From positions 1 to 64,000 of IMG/VR virus record IMGVR_UViG_3300035670_000085: 64,000 nt of DNA; one strand, written 5' to 3'. The notes below the pieces were generated by a model. The model saw nothing but the letters and a program-made list of their open reading frames with translations. It did no database searches and was not told the DNA's origin. The stretch is from a virus. This document shows, one piece after another, positions 50,786 through 59,881 of the stretch (its first letter is position 1; every line of letters starts with the position of its first letter). The position numbers and the translations under genes are program-made.

Positions 50786-51001
50786 ATGAAACGATATAAA
50801 TCATTATTCAAAGAAGAATTTCCTCTTAATTACAAACAAGGAATGTTTCTTAAAAACATTATAGAGGAATATCTTATAGATATTGGAAAAGAAGAAAAAA
50901 GAAAAGAAGCGTTTACTATAATTTTACATGCAATATCTAACCATAAACTTGATTTTGATAAAGATAAAATTTTATTGTTTTTACAGAAAAAATATAATTA
51001 A
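50786..51001 (+). CDS. tagged putative internal head protein between scaffold and capsid genes
   Basis: MKRYKSLFKE. Confidence 0.7.
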   Translation: MKRYKSLFKEEFPLNYKQGMFLKNIIEEYLIDIGKEEKRKEAFTIILHAISNHKLDFDKDKILLFLQKKYN

Positions 51002-51024
51002 AAAATTCATTTTTAAATAATTTA

Positions 51025-51206
51025 TACTAATAAATATAAGTTGAAGATATTCTATCAAAAGATAGTTTGTATAAAAAAGACGATTCAAAAGAATCAAATG
51101 CAATAGTAGTTCTCAAAAGAGATCATTAATAGTGCCTTTCAGAAGAAAGATGTTTCGATGTTCAATTAAAATTTAAAATTAAGAAAATAATTTCAAAAGA
51201 GGAAAT
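51025..51206 (+). promoter_or_regulatory. late promoter and 5' UTR of capsid gene with five TC-A[AG]AA-GA hairpins
   Basis: TACTAATA at 51025; hairpins at 51052, 51082, 51111, 51136 and 51191. Confidence 0.7.
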
Positions 51207-52715
51207 ATGAGTAATCAAATGAAACTCCAAGAGGAGTTAAAAGAGCGTAACGAACGCTTGAATAAAATAACTGAAAACTGGATGAGGACTGAATTTACAA
51301 AAGGCGATGTAATTCCTAAAACTGGAAAAACTTATCGTTCCATGCTTCAAGAAGTTGCAGCAAGGAATCCTCATCATGCAAGATGTATCGCTGCTGCAGC
51401 TCAGCAAGAATACAACCACATGAAAAAAAGTAAAATGAATGAAACTACGATTTCTACTGCTCTTCAAACGCACCCGGAAAACGTAATAAAAGTAATCATG
51501 CTTGGTATGGCTAATTCAATTCGTCCTATGGCATTCGTAGAATGGCCAATGACAACTATTGATGATGCTATGTATTGGGTAGATCGTACATATGAACAAT
51601 CAATTCGTGGCGCAACTGCTAACGATCTGATTTATTACAGCTTGAATGGAAGGTATGCTGGGGAATCTAAAGAAGAAACAGATGCAACTGTAACTTCATG
51701 TCTCCCGAACGTACCGAATAGCGCAACTCAAAACTTTACGTTGACCCTTACTCTCAATCCTATTATCATGAAAAAAACGTATATTACGTTGAATGATACT
51801 CTGATTGGTTATGACAGTCTTGGAACTGGTGTTATTACCCGTCCAGGGAATTCAACTGTATTGACAACCAATACAACTAATAATAATATCGATTATACGA
51901 ATGGTATTGTAAAACTTGGTTTTACTTCTGCTCCCGCAACTGGTGCTGTTATAAAAATAGCATATGAGTGGGATTCTGAAAATACAACTCTGTTTGCTGC
52001 AAATCAAGGAACAGTAAGTGTTAATCTTCGGAAAGATCGTTTTAATGCTCGTCCAATGCCGTTAGGATACAAATTCACGGATATGGCTGGCCTTACTCTT
52101 ATGTCAACTGGTCTTGGTGACATTCATGAAATGCTTATTTCTGCAGTAGCAGATGAGCATGCAAAAGCTCGGGATGCTCGTGCAATTCAGCTCGCATACC
52201 AACTCGCAAAAGTTAATGGTACTTATACATTTGATTGCGATTTCCGTGTAGCTGGTGAAGTTCAAGCGAAATCACACGTCCAGAAAGTTGTAGCAAAAAT
52301 AGATTCTATCGGTGGTTTGATTCAGGACGATATTAAAAAAGGTCAGATCAACGTAGCTATCGCTGGTTCACAAGCACTTTCTATTCTCCGGATGCATGAC
52401 AACTGGAAAGATGATAATTCAATGCCTCGTCAAGGATGCTATAAAGCAGGTTCTGTAAACGGTATTGATGTATTCTATGCACCTGCAACTACCGGAATTA
52501 TTGGAACAGAAGACATTATTCTTTCCTATAAAAACCCGCAAGAAAATGCAGACGTTGCTCTTGCTTTCGGTAACTTTACTGAAATCAGTGCAGAATTACG
52601 TTATCCAAATTTTACAACTGAAGGATCGTTGGCAACTGTTGAAGACGTGAAAATAATTGAGCCTAAGTTTCTCCGTCATCTTCAGCTTTCAAATACTTCG
52701 GCTGTTCTTTCCTAG
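51207..52715 (+). CDS. major capsid protein (distant T4 gp23-like) with insertion domain
   Basis: Follows protease/scaffold; WPM motif, AGS.NG..V(F/Y), ILSYK; strongly biased codon usage; strong terminator. Confidence 0.8.
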   Translation: MSNQMKLQEELKERNERLNKITENWMRTEFTKGDVIPKTGKTYRSMLQEVAARNPHHARCIAAAAQQEYNHMKKSKMNETTISTALQTHPENVIKVIMLGMANSIRPMAFVEWPMTTIDDAMYWVDRTYEQSIRGATANDLIYYSLNGRYAGESKEETDATVTSCLPNVPNSATQNFTLTLTLNPIIMKKTYITLNDTLIGYDSLGTGVITRPGNSTVLTTNTTNNNIDYTNGIVKLGFTSAPATGAVIKIAYEWDSENTTLFAANQGTVSVNLRKDRFNARPMPLGYKFTDMAGLTLMSTGLGDIHEMLISAVADEHAKARDARAIQLAYQLAKVNGTYTFDCDFRVAGEVQAKSHVQKVVAKIDSIGGLIQDDIKKGQINVAIAGSQALSILRMHDNWKDDNSMPRQGCYKAGSVNGIDVFYAPATTGIIGTEDIILSYKNPQENADVALAFGNFTEISAELRYPNFTTEGSLATVEDVKIIEPKFLRHLQLSNTSAVLS

Positions 52716-52745
52716 TAACAAATAGAACTTACAGATATAAAAATT

Positions 52746-52774
52746 GAGACCGGTAGAAATGCCGGTCTCTTTTT
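52746..52774 (+). terminator. rho-independent terminator
   Basis: GAGACCGG / CCGGTCTC stem followed by a T-run. Confidence 0.85.
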
Positions 52775-52804
52775 GTCTTTATCAAATTGTTATTTATTAT
52801 TTAG

Positions 52805-54610
52805 TTATGGTTTGTATTCAAAAACATAATTACCACAATCCCAAATTCTATCCCAACCATTTTGTTGCATATTTTCCCACTCTGTTAACTCTTGATTATA
52901 AAATTCTAGTAGATTTTTGAGTTTATGTTTTTGAAATTTAATACGAGAATATAAATTTATATAATCTTGCGTATAGAAATAATTAGGAGAGGATTCATTT
53001 ATAAGAATGAAATTATTTTTAAGATATACGTTTCCAATACTAAATCGTTTATCTGCATATGATATAAGTGATGTAGAATAGTTTTGAGTAAAATATTTTA
53101 AGCATTTAGAAAATCCACCAATAACAGATATATTTAATTGAGAAGAAAATCGAATTAATTCATATTTATGTTTTTGTTTCTTATCAAATCTTGGTTTAGA
53201 AAATGAACAAACTTGAACTAGTTCATTATTAAAAAATAATCCAATATTTATACTTGCAATAATTCCTCCTTGTATGTGAGTTCTATTTAAAAATTCAATT
53301 GTAGTTGCATTATCTATTTCTTTTATAATACATTTCCTTGCATATATTTTGTTTTCAGATATTCCTATTTTAGTAAGGATTATCGATTTTACAATATCTT
53401 TTTTTTCTATCCATTCTTTATCCCATATATGAATAACTTGAATATTTTTTTCTTTAAAGAAATTAGTTTTAATTAAGTGATAATTTTGTCTTTTATTGCC
53501 CGCAATTTCACTATGATAATATATGCCATTTAATTCAATACCAATATTTTTTTCTGGTATATAAATATCAAGTTCATGATGATGCTTTCCTTTATAATAA
53601 AATCTTTTATTTGGTACTATAGAAATATTTAATTGTTTTAACCAATCTTTAATTTCATTTTCGATTTTAGAGGTATGATATTTAGGAGAAAAGCAATGCG
53701 TACAGCGTGGAATTTTTCCATCTCTTAATACAAAAGAAAATTCTTGATTACAAGTAAGACATAAAAATTTATAAGATTTTAAATTACCTTTATATTCTTC
53801 AATAGTAAAAAGAGGTTTAACATGTGTAAGATTTAAAATTACTCTTTGATAATATTTAGTATAATGTGTATGTTTACTTTTTTCAATAACTTCTGGATTT
53901 TGAGAAGGAAAATCAACTCCACGTTTTAATTGATTTGTTTCTTTCATTTTAGTTTCATTATATGCATTAACAGAACCATGAAGTTTCATATTAGTATCTT
54001 GTCTTTTTCTAATAATTTCTTTCCATTCATCTTCTGATTTATTTAATAATCCTTCACTTATTGCCTTACCATTACTCCCCATTCCATATTTGTCATTACA
54101 TGTTTCAATTCTTTTCTCAGAATTGTTATAATTTTCATCCCCATATCGTTCTTTTTTTATTTCCTTGTTCTTTATAGTAGCCCTCTCGTAAGCATTCAAT
54201 CCATTTTCATCAACAGAATTTATTTTATTATTGTGTTTCTTTTGAGAAATTTCTAAAAGCTCCGATTCATTTTTTGATTTCCAAGTTTCTGCTGCTTTAT
54301 CATATCCTGGATTTCCTCTGTCTTTTCGGGTTGCATGACTTTTTTTATTACGAGCTTTAATCATAGTATCATAATCTGAATCATAATTTTCTCGTTTTCT
54401 TTTTTCTTTACATTTACCATTTTTACAATAATGATTTTTTAGAAAACAACTCACAGATTTTATGATAAGAGTATTACACGGCGTGTGGATATATTCTATT
54501 TGTTTTGTGTTTAAATGGATAAGTTTATATTCATCAGTCAGTTCTAATTTTTCAATTAAAATTAAAGCTTTTTCAATTTTAAATGCAGTATGTTTTGCTA
54601 ATTCTTTCAT
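52805..54610 (-). mobile_element. free-standing homing endonuclease (Hef-like; KYG repeats, Zn finger, Vsr-like nuclease, C-terminal YARKC...IWDCG domain)
   Basis: ELDIYIPEKNIGIELNGIYYHS, IHIWD.EW, ELIRFSS, ISYADKR; start reassigned downstream of the promoter at 54617-54646. Confidence 0.8.
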
Positions 54611-54673
54611 ATATATAATATACAAAATATCTAGAAAAAATTAACAACTTTTTTCAGAAATTTATAAAAAATA

Positions 54674-54952
54674 TCAAAGAGTTACTAAATTGCTTTTTTG
54701 CTGCATTTGCATTCTTCTAGCATCTTCTATATACAGTCTATAATCATCAGCTTCCCACATTACATACACTCTAACCTGTCCATCCTCTTTTGTTAATACA
54801 TTTTGAACAGTTTGGATATTATATTCTTTTTCTCCTACTTGAACATATTCTCCTATATGTGCTATAAGACTTTGAATAACTATTGTTTCTTTTACTTCTG
54901 GGTATTGTCCATCACGTTTGTATGGACTCATTAAATGACACACTGCTTTCAT
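54674..54952 (-). CDS. hypothetical protein
   Basis: GGAGGAG RBS. Confidence 0.6.
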   Translation of the reverse strand: MKAVCHLMSPYKRDGQYPEVKETIVIQSLIAHIGEYVQVGEKEYNIQTVQNVLTKEDGQVRVYVMWEADDYRLYIEDARRMQMQQKSNLVTL

Positions 54953-55155
54953 TTTGTCTCCTCCTCAGATATACATTCAATTACACCATATTCTGAACAT
55001 CGACACTTTTTCCATATACCAGAACGATTTAAAATTGATTCAAGAATTTTATCCTCTTCTAAAGTTTTTAGATTCTTCTAATTTTTTGTAATATTCTTTT
55101 TTTGCTTTATCCATTCTATTTCTCTTTTTCAATTTTTTATTTCTTTTTTAATACT

Positions 55156-55458
55156 TTATCTGGCTATAATATTTGCTATTATGGACACAATAAATCCTAT
55201 TAGTACGATACAAAATATGTATATTATAATCGATATATAATATTCATAATCATAAGAGCGAACATCTTTAGCATAATCGAAGCAATTATTATATTTATTT
55301 TTAATAAGCGGATCGTTATATGTCTTTTTTTCTTCAAAATGCTCCTTTTGTAGTGGAGACTCTTCAATATAATTTCCACGTACCCAAATACAGCAATCAG
55401 GGTTGCCGTCAAGATTACGAAAATAATGTTTGCATTCCTTACAATATACTTTTTTCAT
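55156..55458 (-). CDS. Cys-rich small protein with C-terminal TM, paralog of 57124..57348
   Basis: KKVYCK.C.HY...DP...N..NNC..Y. Confidence 0.55.
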   Translation of the reverse strand: MKKVYCKECKHYFRNLDGNPDCCIWVRGNYIEESPLQKEHFEEKKTYNDPLIKNKYNNCFDYAKDVRSYDYEYYISIIIYIFCIVLIGFIVSIIANIIAR

Positions 55459-55461
55459 ATT

Positions 55462-55749
55462 TTATTCCCCTTTTTTTGTATACTTTGTTTCTGATGGAAT
55501 TTCTTTAACTTCTATTTCTAAATACTTTTCAAGCAATTCAATTTTTTTGTTTAATTTTTTAACAATAGTTTCTAAATTTCCATTTTTTGTTTCTAAGCAA
55601 AAACAAGTATCTAATAAAAAATCTATAATATTAGATTTACTGTAAGTACTTTGAAAAGTACCTATGTATTCTCCACCTCCACGCATATAATTCTGTTCTT
55701 CTATTCTGAGAATTCCTTCAATAGCTTTAATCTTTTCTTTTACGTTCAT
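55462..55749 (-). CDS. hypothetical protein (likely start MNVKEK)
   Basis: AAGG RBS before the internal ATG. Confidence 0.5.
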   Translation of the reverse strand: MNVKEKIKAIEGILRIEEQNYMRGGGEYIGTFQSTYSKSNIIDFLLDTCFCLETKNGNLETIVKKLNKKIELLEKYLEIEVKEIPSETKYTKKGE

Positions 55750-55774
55750 TTTGTTACCTTTCTTGTTAATTTTT

Positions 55775-56020
55775 TTACTTAACCCATGAAATTCTTGTAA
55801 GCTTGCTATCCGATCCATTAAACCAATACTCAATCCTAAACCCATTTGACTCTAGCGTAAGTTCAATTGCATGATCAACAAGATAGTCAAGCTTAACAAA
55901 AAACTCTCCAGCATTAACCGCATCTGATATTTTAATCATTATAGCTTGGTACTCCTCAGATTCTTCAACAGAAGTAAGAGTTCTACACCTACATACACTA
56001 GCTGATAATTTTATTGTCAT
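55775..56020 (-). CDS. hypothetical protein
   Basis: GAGG RBS; coupled. Confidence 0.55.
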   Translation of the reverse strand: MTIKLSASVCRCRTLTSVEESEEYQAIMIKISDAVNAGEFFVKLDYLVDHAIELTLESNGFRIEYWFNGSDSKLTRISWVK

Positions 56021-56241
56021 TTTACTACCTCATTTATAAAATACTTGCTCAATGCTCTTATTATAGCATTTTCTAACTCCTCTTCATGTAGTTCAAAATA
56101 AAAATTATCTTCAGACCATGCCTCTTTTTTTATTTCAATAATTATGTCATTTAATAAAGATTGTGCATCTGGACCAACAAAAATGTTTGATCTCTTATCA
56201 AAACTATTCTCTTTCTGATCGAAGTACTCTTCTTTATTCAT
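56017..56241 (-). CDS. hypothetical protein
   Basis: GGAGG RBS; coupled. Confidence 0.55.
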   Translation of the reverse strand: MNKEEYFDQKENSFDKRSNIFVGPDAQSLLNDIIIEIKKEAWSEDNFYFELHEEELENAIIRALSKYFINEVVK

Positions 56242-56432
56242 CTTATTACCTCCTCTTGTTTACTTATTTTTCCGCATTTTTCGCAAAATATTACAACTGT
56301 TCTAATTGTATCTTTAACTGTCCTTGTATTACCAGAATGATGAGCTAATGGTTCCCTTATGCTTTTATAAATTTCAGACTCTGTTACTACTGAAATAAAC
56401 TTATGTTTACACTCTGATGATTGTATTGTCAT
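56238..56432 (-). CDS. small zinc-finger protein
   Basis: CKH...FCEKCGK. Confidence 0.55.
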   Translation of the reverse strand: MTIQSSECKHKFISVVTESEIYKSIREPLAHHSGNTRTVKDTIRTVVIFCEKCGKISKQEEVIR

Positions 56433-56489
56433 TTTATTGCCTCACTTTTATTTAAAAAAATCTTTATTGAAAATAATACAGGTAGCCAC

Positions 56490-56810
56490 TTATTTAGAAA
56501 CTATGTTTTTTAATCTTTTAACCTCCTCTTCAAGCTCTTCTATTATATAATCTTTTGATTTAGTTCTGTAGGGAAAGCATCTCATATCAGGCTTTAATGT
56601 TTTCCCTGCTGTATTACCTTTAATAATATCTCCTATCTTTAATTCATTTGGGCCACCATGTAAAAAAGGTTCGGCTATAGCACCAATAACTGCTCCTATA
56701 ATAAGGCTTTGAATACTAAATCCAGACATTAAAAGGCCCGCTATACCAAAAACAAAAGCCCCAGCCAAAGAACCCTCTTTTGTGTAACCCTGACATTTTT
56801 CTTTACTCAT
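56490..56810 (-). CDS. membrane protein (glycine-zipper-like)
   Basis: Two Gly-rich TM segments. Confidence 0.55.
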   Translation of the reverse strand: MSKEKCQGYTKEGSLAGAFVFGIAGLLMSGFSIQSLIIGAVIGAIAEPFLHGGPNELKIGDIIKGNTAGKTLKPDMRCFPYRTKSKDYIIEELEEEVKRLKNIVSK

Positions 56811-56889
56811 TTTATTGCCTCACTTTTTTAATGATTTTCTGTTTTTAAAAGTTCAGTATCATTTTATTGTCCTTCTTTGTTGTATACTT

Positions 56890-57081
56890 CTAATTATCAA
56901 TTATAAGAAAATGTGATATATCTTTAGAATCAAAATAAGGTATAACCGGAGTAGATCCTTTGAATTTTGCTACTATTTTAGGATCACAATTGACTCCATT
57001 TTCACCCATAATAAATATTTCTGTATCCATTACTTCATCTGGTAAATTATTAATAGCTAATTTAAAATCATATAGTTTCAT
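56890..57081 (-). CDS. hypothetical protein
   Basis: GGAGG RBS. Confidence 0.55.
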   Translation of the reverse strand: MKLYDFKLAINNLPDEVMDTEIFIMGENGVNCDPKIVAKFKGSTPVIPYFDSKDISHFLIIDN

Positions 57082-57123
57082 TTTATTCCTCCTTTAATCT
57101 CTTTTTAAGTCGTCTATTTCAAA

Positions 57124-57348
57124 TCAATCTAGACACTGGCCGACGTTGTATTTTGAAGAATACAACCCACAATTATTAAGTGCGTTTATCTTATAAGGAT
57201 CTCCATATTTTGCTATTGCTCTTTCTATAGGGGTGTCATGCATTTCAACTACATTAGGATGCTTGCAACGATGTTCACATGGCGTTGAATTAAGTGATTG
57301 ATACCGATAGTGTATACAATCTTTACAGTAAACTTTTTTAGTACTCAT
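57124..57348 (-). CDS. Cys-rich small protein, paralog of 55156..55458
   Basis: KKVYCKDCIHY...GDPYKIN..NNC..Y. Confidence 0.55.
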   Translation of the reverse strand: MSTKKVYCKDCIHYRYQSLNSTPCEHRCKHPNVVEMHDTPIERAIAKYGDPYKINALNNCGLYSSKYNVGQCLD

Positions 57349-57407
57349 TTTATTTCTCCTAAATTTTTCTATTTGTTTTTCATCTATATTATTACTTTAT
57401 TTTTTAT

Positions 57408-57611
57408 TCATTGTTTTTCTCTAATTTCTATCGAAAATTCGGGTACACAATACATACTTAAAACCCCTCCATGAGAATTCAGGCGGTATTTAACCACATA
57501 ACCTTTTGCTTCACATTTTTGTGAATAATCCAAAACATATTCTGGCGTATAACCACAAGAACAGAATAATAAACTAAAACTAATTAAAATGACAATAATT
57601 ACTTTTTTCAT
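57408..57611 (-). CDS. small predicted lipoprotein
   Basis: MKKVIIVILISFSLLFCSC. Confidence 0.55.
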   Translation of the reverse strand: MKKVIIVILISFSLLFCSCGYTPEYVLDYSQKCEAKGYVVKYRLNSHGGVLSMYCVPEFSIEIREKQ

Positions 57612-57729
57612 ATTTTACCTCTTTATTTTTTAAACTTAATTAGTGCTTCTTTAGACACGATCATTTCTAATGGGACATATTTTGATAACGCTTCATATAT
57701 TTTATACCTTTCATGCATACATCTTTAAT

Positions 57730-58152
57730 TTAATTATTGGCATTTTTATTTTCCTCTTCAATCTGTTTTAAAATTTGTCTATATTGTTCATCAGTTAAAT
57801 CATTTTTATTTGAATATTCTTTAGCGTGTTTCGTTAGCCATTCTGGCCCTCCGGCAACACAAGGATATTTTACATTACAATATTTACAATCAAGCCCTTT
57901 CGTTGGATCTTTACCCTCTTTCAAACAGGCTTTCACATATAAACAAGTTTTAAAATGTTTACATTCTTTAATGTTATTGCCTTCTTTAATATAATATAAT
58001 ATCTTTAGCTTAATACAATTACACTCATTGTCGTGTACATCCTCTTTTACTTTATTAAGATCTTCTTGTATGATATAATCAACTCCAGTAGCTTGTTTAA
58101 TCATATCATTTTTAAGTTGTAAAAACCTAATAAGCCATTGTTTTGATGTCAT
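57730..58152 (-). CDS. Cys-rich hypothetical protein
   Basis: Multiple CxxC motifs. Confidence 0.5.
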   Translation of the reverse strand: MTSKQWLIRFLQLKNDMIKQATGVDYIIQEDLNKVKEDVHDNECNCIKLKILYYIKEGNNIKECKHFKTCLYVKACLKEGKDPTKGLDCKYCNVKYPCVAGGPEWLTKHAKEYSNKNDLTDEQYRQILKQIEEENKNANN

Positions 58153-58346
58153 TTTATACCTTCTATTATTATTCTCTTAAGGTTACATAAGTTGCCACAA
58201 AAAAAGCAATGAAAAATAAAACTAAAAATGGTATTGGTCCTGCAACATGAACAAAATACGTTGAAACAATTGCTACAACAGATACTGTAAGTAAAAGCGC
58301 TATGATTTTTAAAATAGTTTTCATTTTGTCCCTGCCTTAAATTAAC

Positions 58347-58376
58347 TATTATAATACTTCCCTAAAAAAGTCAAGC
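58347..58376 (-). promoter_or_regulatory. sigma70-like promoter
   Basis: Minus strand TTGACT...TATTATAAT. Confidence 0.55.
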
Positions 58377-58880
58377 ACTTTTTTCATCATTTTTAAAAAT
58401 AAACCATTTAGGAACTGGCCTTTTTGTCCATTTTGCTATATGTTGCTTCTCGCCGATGTAATAGTTTCTATATGCTTGTACAGGATCATTACATCTATAC
58501 TGATCTGGCATACACTGGACAAAAGGGGTACGTTCAAGTTGATCAAAAGTATACATAGTTGTTGTAGTGCTTACACTATTTAGAAACTCTGTAATTTTTA
58601 TAAAAGATAGATGACTTGTACACTTATTATAACGAAATTCATATTCAGCATTTAAAGAGTATAGCAGATCTACTAAATATTCAAAATTACCAAAAGATTT
58701 ACCTGCCCACTTAACGCATGGATGATTTTTATGTGTTGATTTATATGGTGCATTAAAACCCTTCTCGTTAAGCACGGTACACAAAATTTGTGATGTTTCT
58801 AGTATCATTTTTATACAGTGTCTATTATTGTAATATGACACGCTTTTTTCAATGTTGTTGTCTAGTATAAATATGTTCAT
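58371..58880 (-). CDS. pyrimidine-dimer DNA glycosylase (DenV-like family)
   Basis: MNIF.LD, H..KMILE..QIL, YK.TH.NHPC..W, QCMPD.Y, AYR.YY. Confidence 0.75.
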   Translation of the reverse strand: MNIFILDNNIEKSVSYYNNRHCIKMILETSQILCTVLNEKGFNAPYKSTHKNHPCVKWAGKSFGNFEYLVDLLYSLNAEYEFRYNKCTSHLSFIKITEFLNSVSTTTTMYTFDQLERTPFVQCMPDQYRCNDPVQAYRNYYIGEKQHIAKWTKRPVPKWFIFKNDEKSA

Positions 58881-59059
58881 ACGTTTTTTTCCTTATATTT
58901 TACTTGAACATAATAAAAATCCAGTGTCTCAGAAATACAATTCAATTTTGAGTTATATTTTTCTTCTTCACATTTTGCCCCTTTATCAAAAAAGTAGCAT
59001 TTCAAACATGGTGCGCCATCAGTTGGATCAGCAAGTTTCTTTTTAAGATAAATTTTCAT
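58877..59059 (-). CDS. small Cys-containing protein
   Basis: C..CYF; directly downstream of the 19-mer promoter. Confidence 0.5.
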   Translation of the reverse strand: MKIYLKKKLADPTDGAPCLKCYFFDKGAKCEEEKYNSKLNCISETLDFYYVQVKYKEKNV

Positions 59060-59188
59060 ATCACTATTCCTATATATACAATATAATATATTTACCCAAA
59101 AAATACAATACTTTTTTTTTAAATTATGAAAAAAAGTTAAATTTTTTATTGTACTTATAATTACAAATTACTATTAAAATTTATATAC

Positions 59189-59872
59189 TCATTTTATATT
59201 ATAAATTTTTTGTGCAATTTTCCTTTTTAATCCAGTAACATATGCTTGAGATTTTTTCATCTCTTTAGCTATATCTTTTTGAACCCATCCATCAAGAAGT
59301 TTTTCTACAAGAAACATTTCTGCTTCGTTGAGAGTTTTTAATTTAGAGTTAAAATCTATTTCATCACATAGCTTTTGAGTGAAATCTTCTTTGGTGGCTC
59401 TAGTAATTCTTTCCACTGTTTTTTGAAAGATATTATTAACACGAGAACTTGTAGCATCTCCCATCACATCATCAAAGTAACATTCACTCACTCCGTACTT
59501 ATAAATTCTATTCCTATTTCCAACATAATCAATTCTAAGTGACATATATGTTTGATAGAACATTTTATTTGTTTTATAACTATGATCTATTCTATTAATA
59601 TCAATTTTAGTATTCATATTTTCAAGCATTCTATATTGTAACTCTTCTTTATAATCTTCAACATCTCTACTTCCATCATATGTGTGAAATTCTTTCCATA
59701 ATTTAAATGCATATACATCAATAACATCTTTATGTCGATTATTTAATTCTACTATAGCTTTTTGACACATACCACAACTTTTATTAATATTATTTCCGGG
59801 ACATTTTTGGCAACGATACATTTTTATCAATTCTTTGTCTGGCATTGTTGTCAAATCAGTATAATAATTCAT
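59189..59872 (-). CDS. sigma-factor-like protein with region-4 HTH
   Basis: DVEDYKEE (region 2-like); LNEAE......GW.QKDIAKEMKKSQAYVT. Confidence 0.55.
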   Translation of the reverse strand: MNYYTDLTTMPDKELIKMYRCQKCPGNNINKSCGMCQKAIVELNNRHKDVIDVYAFKLWKEFHTYDGSRDVEDYKEELQYRMLENMNTKIDINRIDHSYKTNKMFYQTYMSLRIDYVGNRNRIYKYGVSECYFDDVMGDATSSRVNNIFQKTVERITRATKEDFTQKLCDEIDFNSKLKTLNEAEMFLVEKLLDGWVQKDIAKEMKKSQAYVTGLKRKIAQKIYNIK

Positions 59873-59881
59873 ATGATCTCC

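Noticed and set aside
56845-56875. RBS plus ATG at 56862 on the minus strand
   Set aside because: Encodes only 5 residues; at most a remnant.
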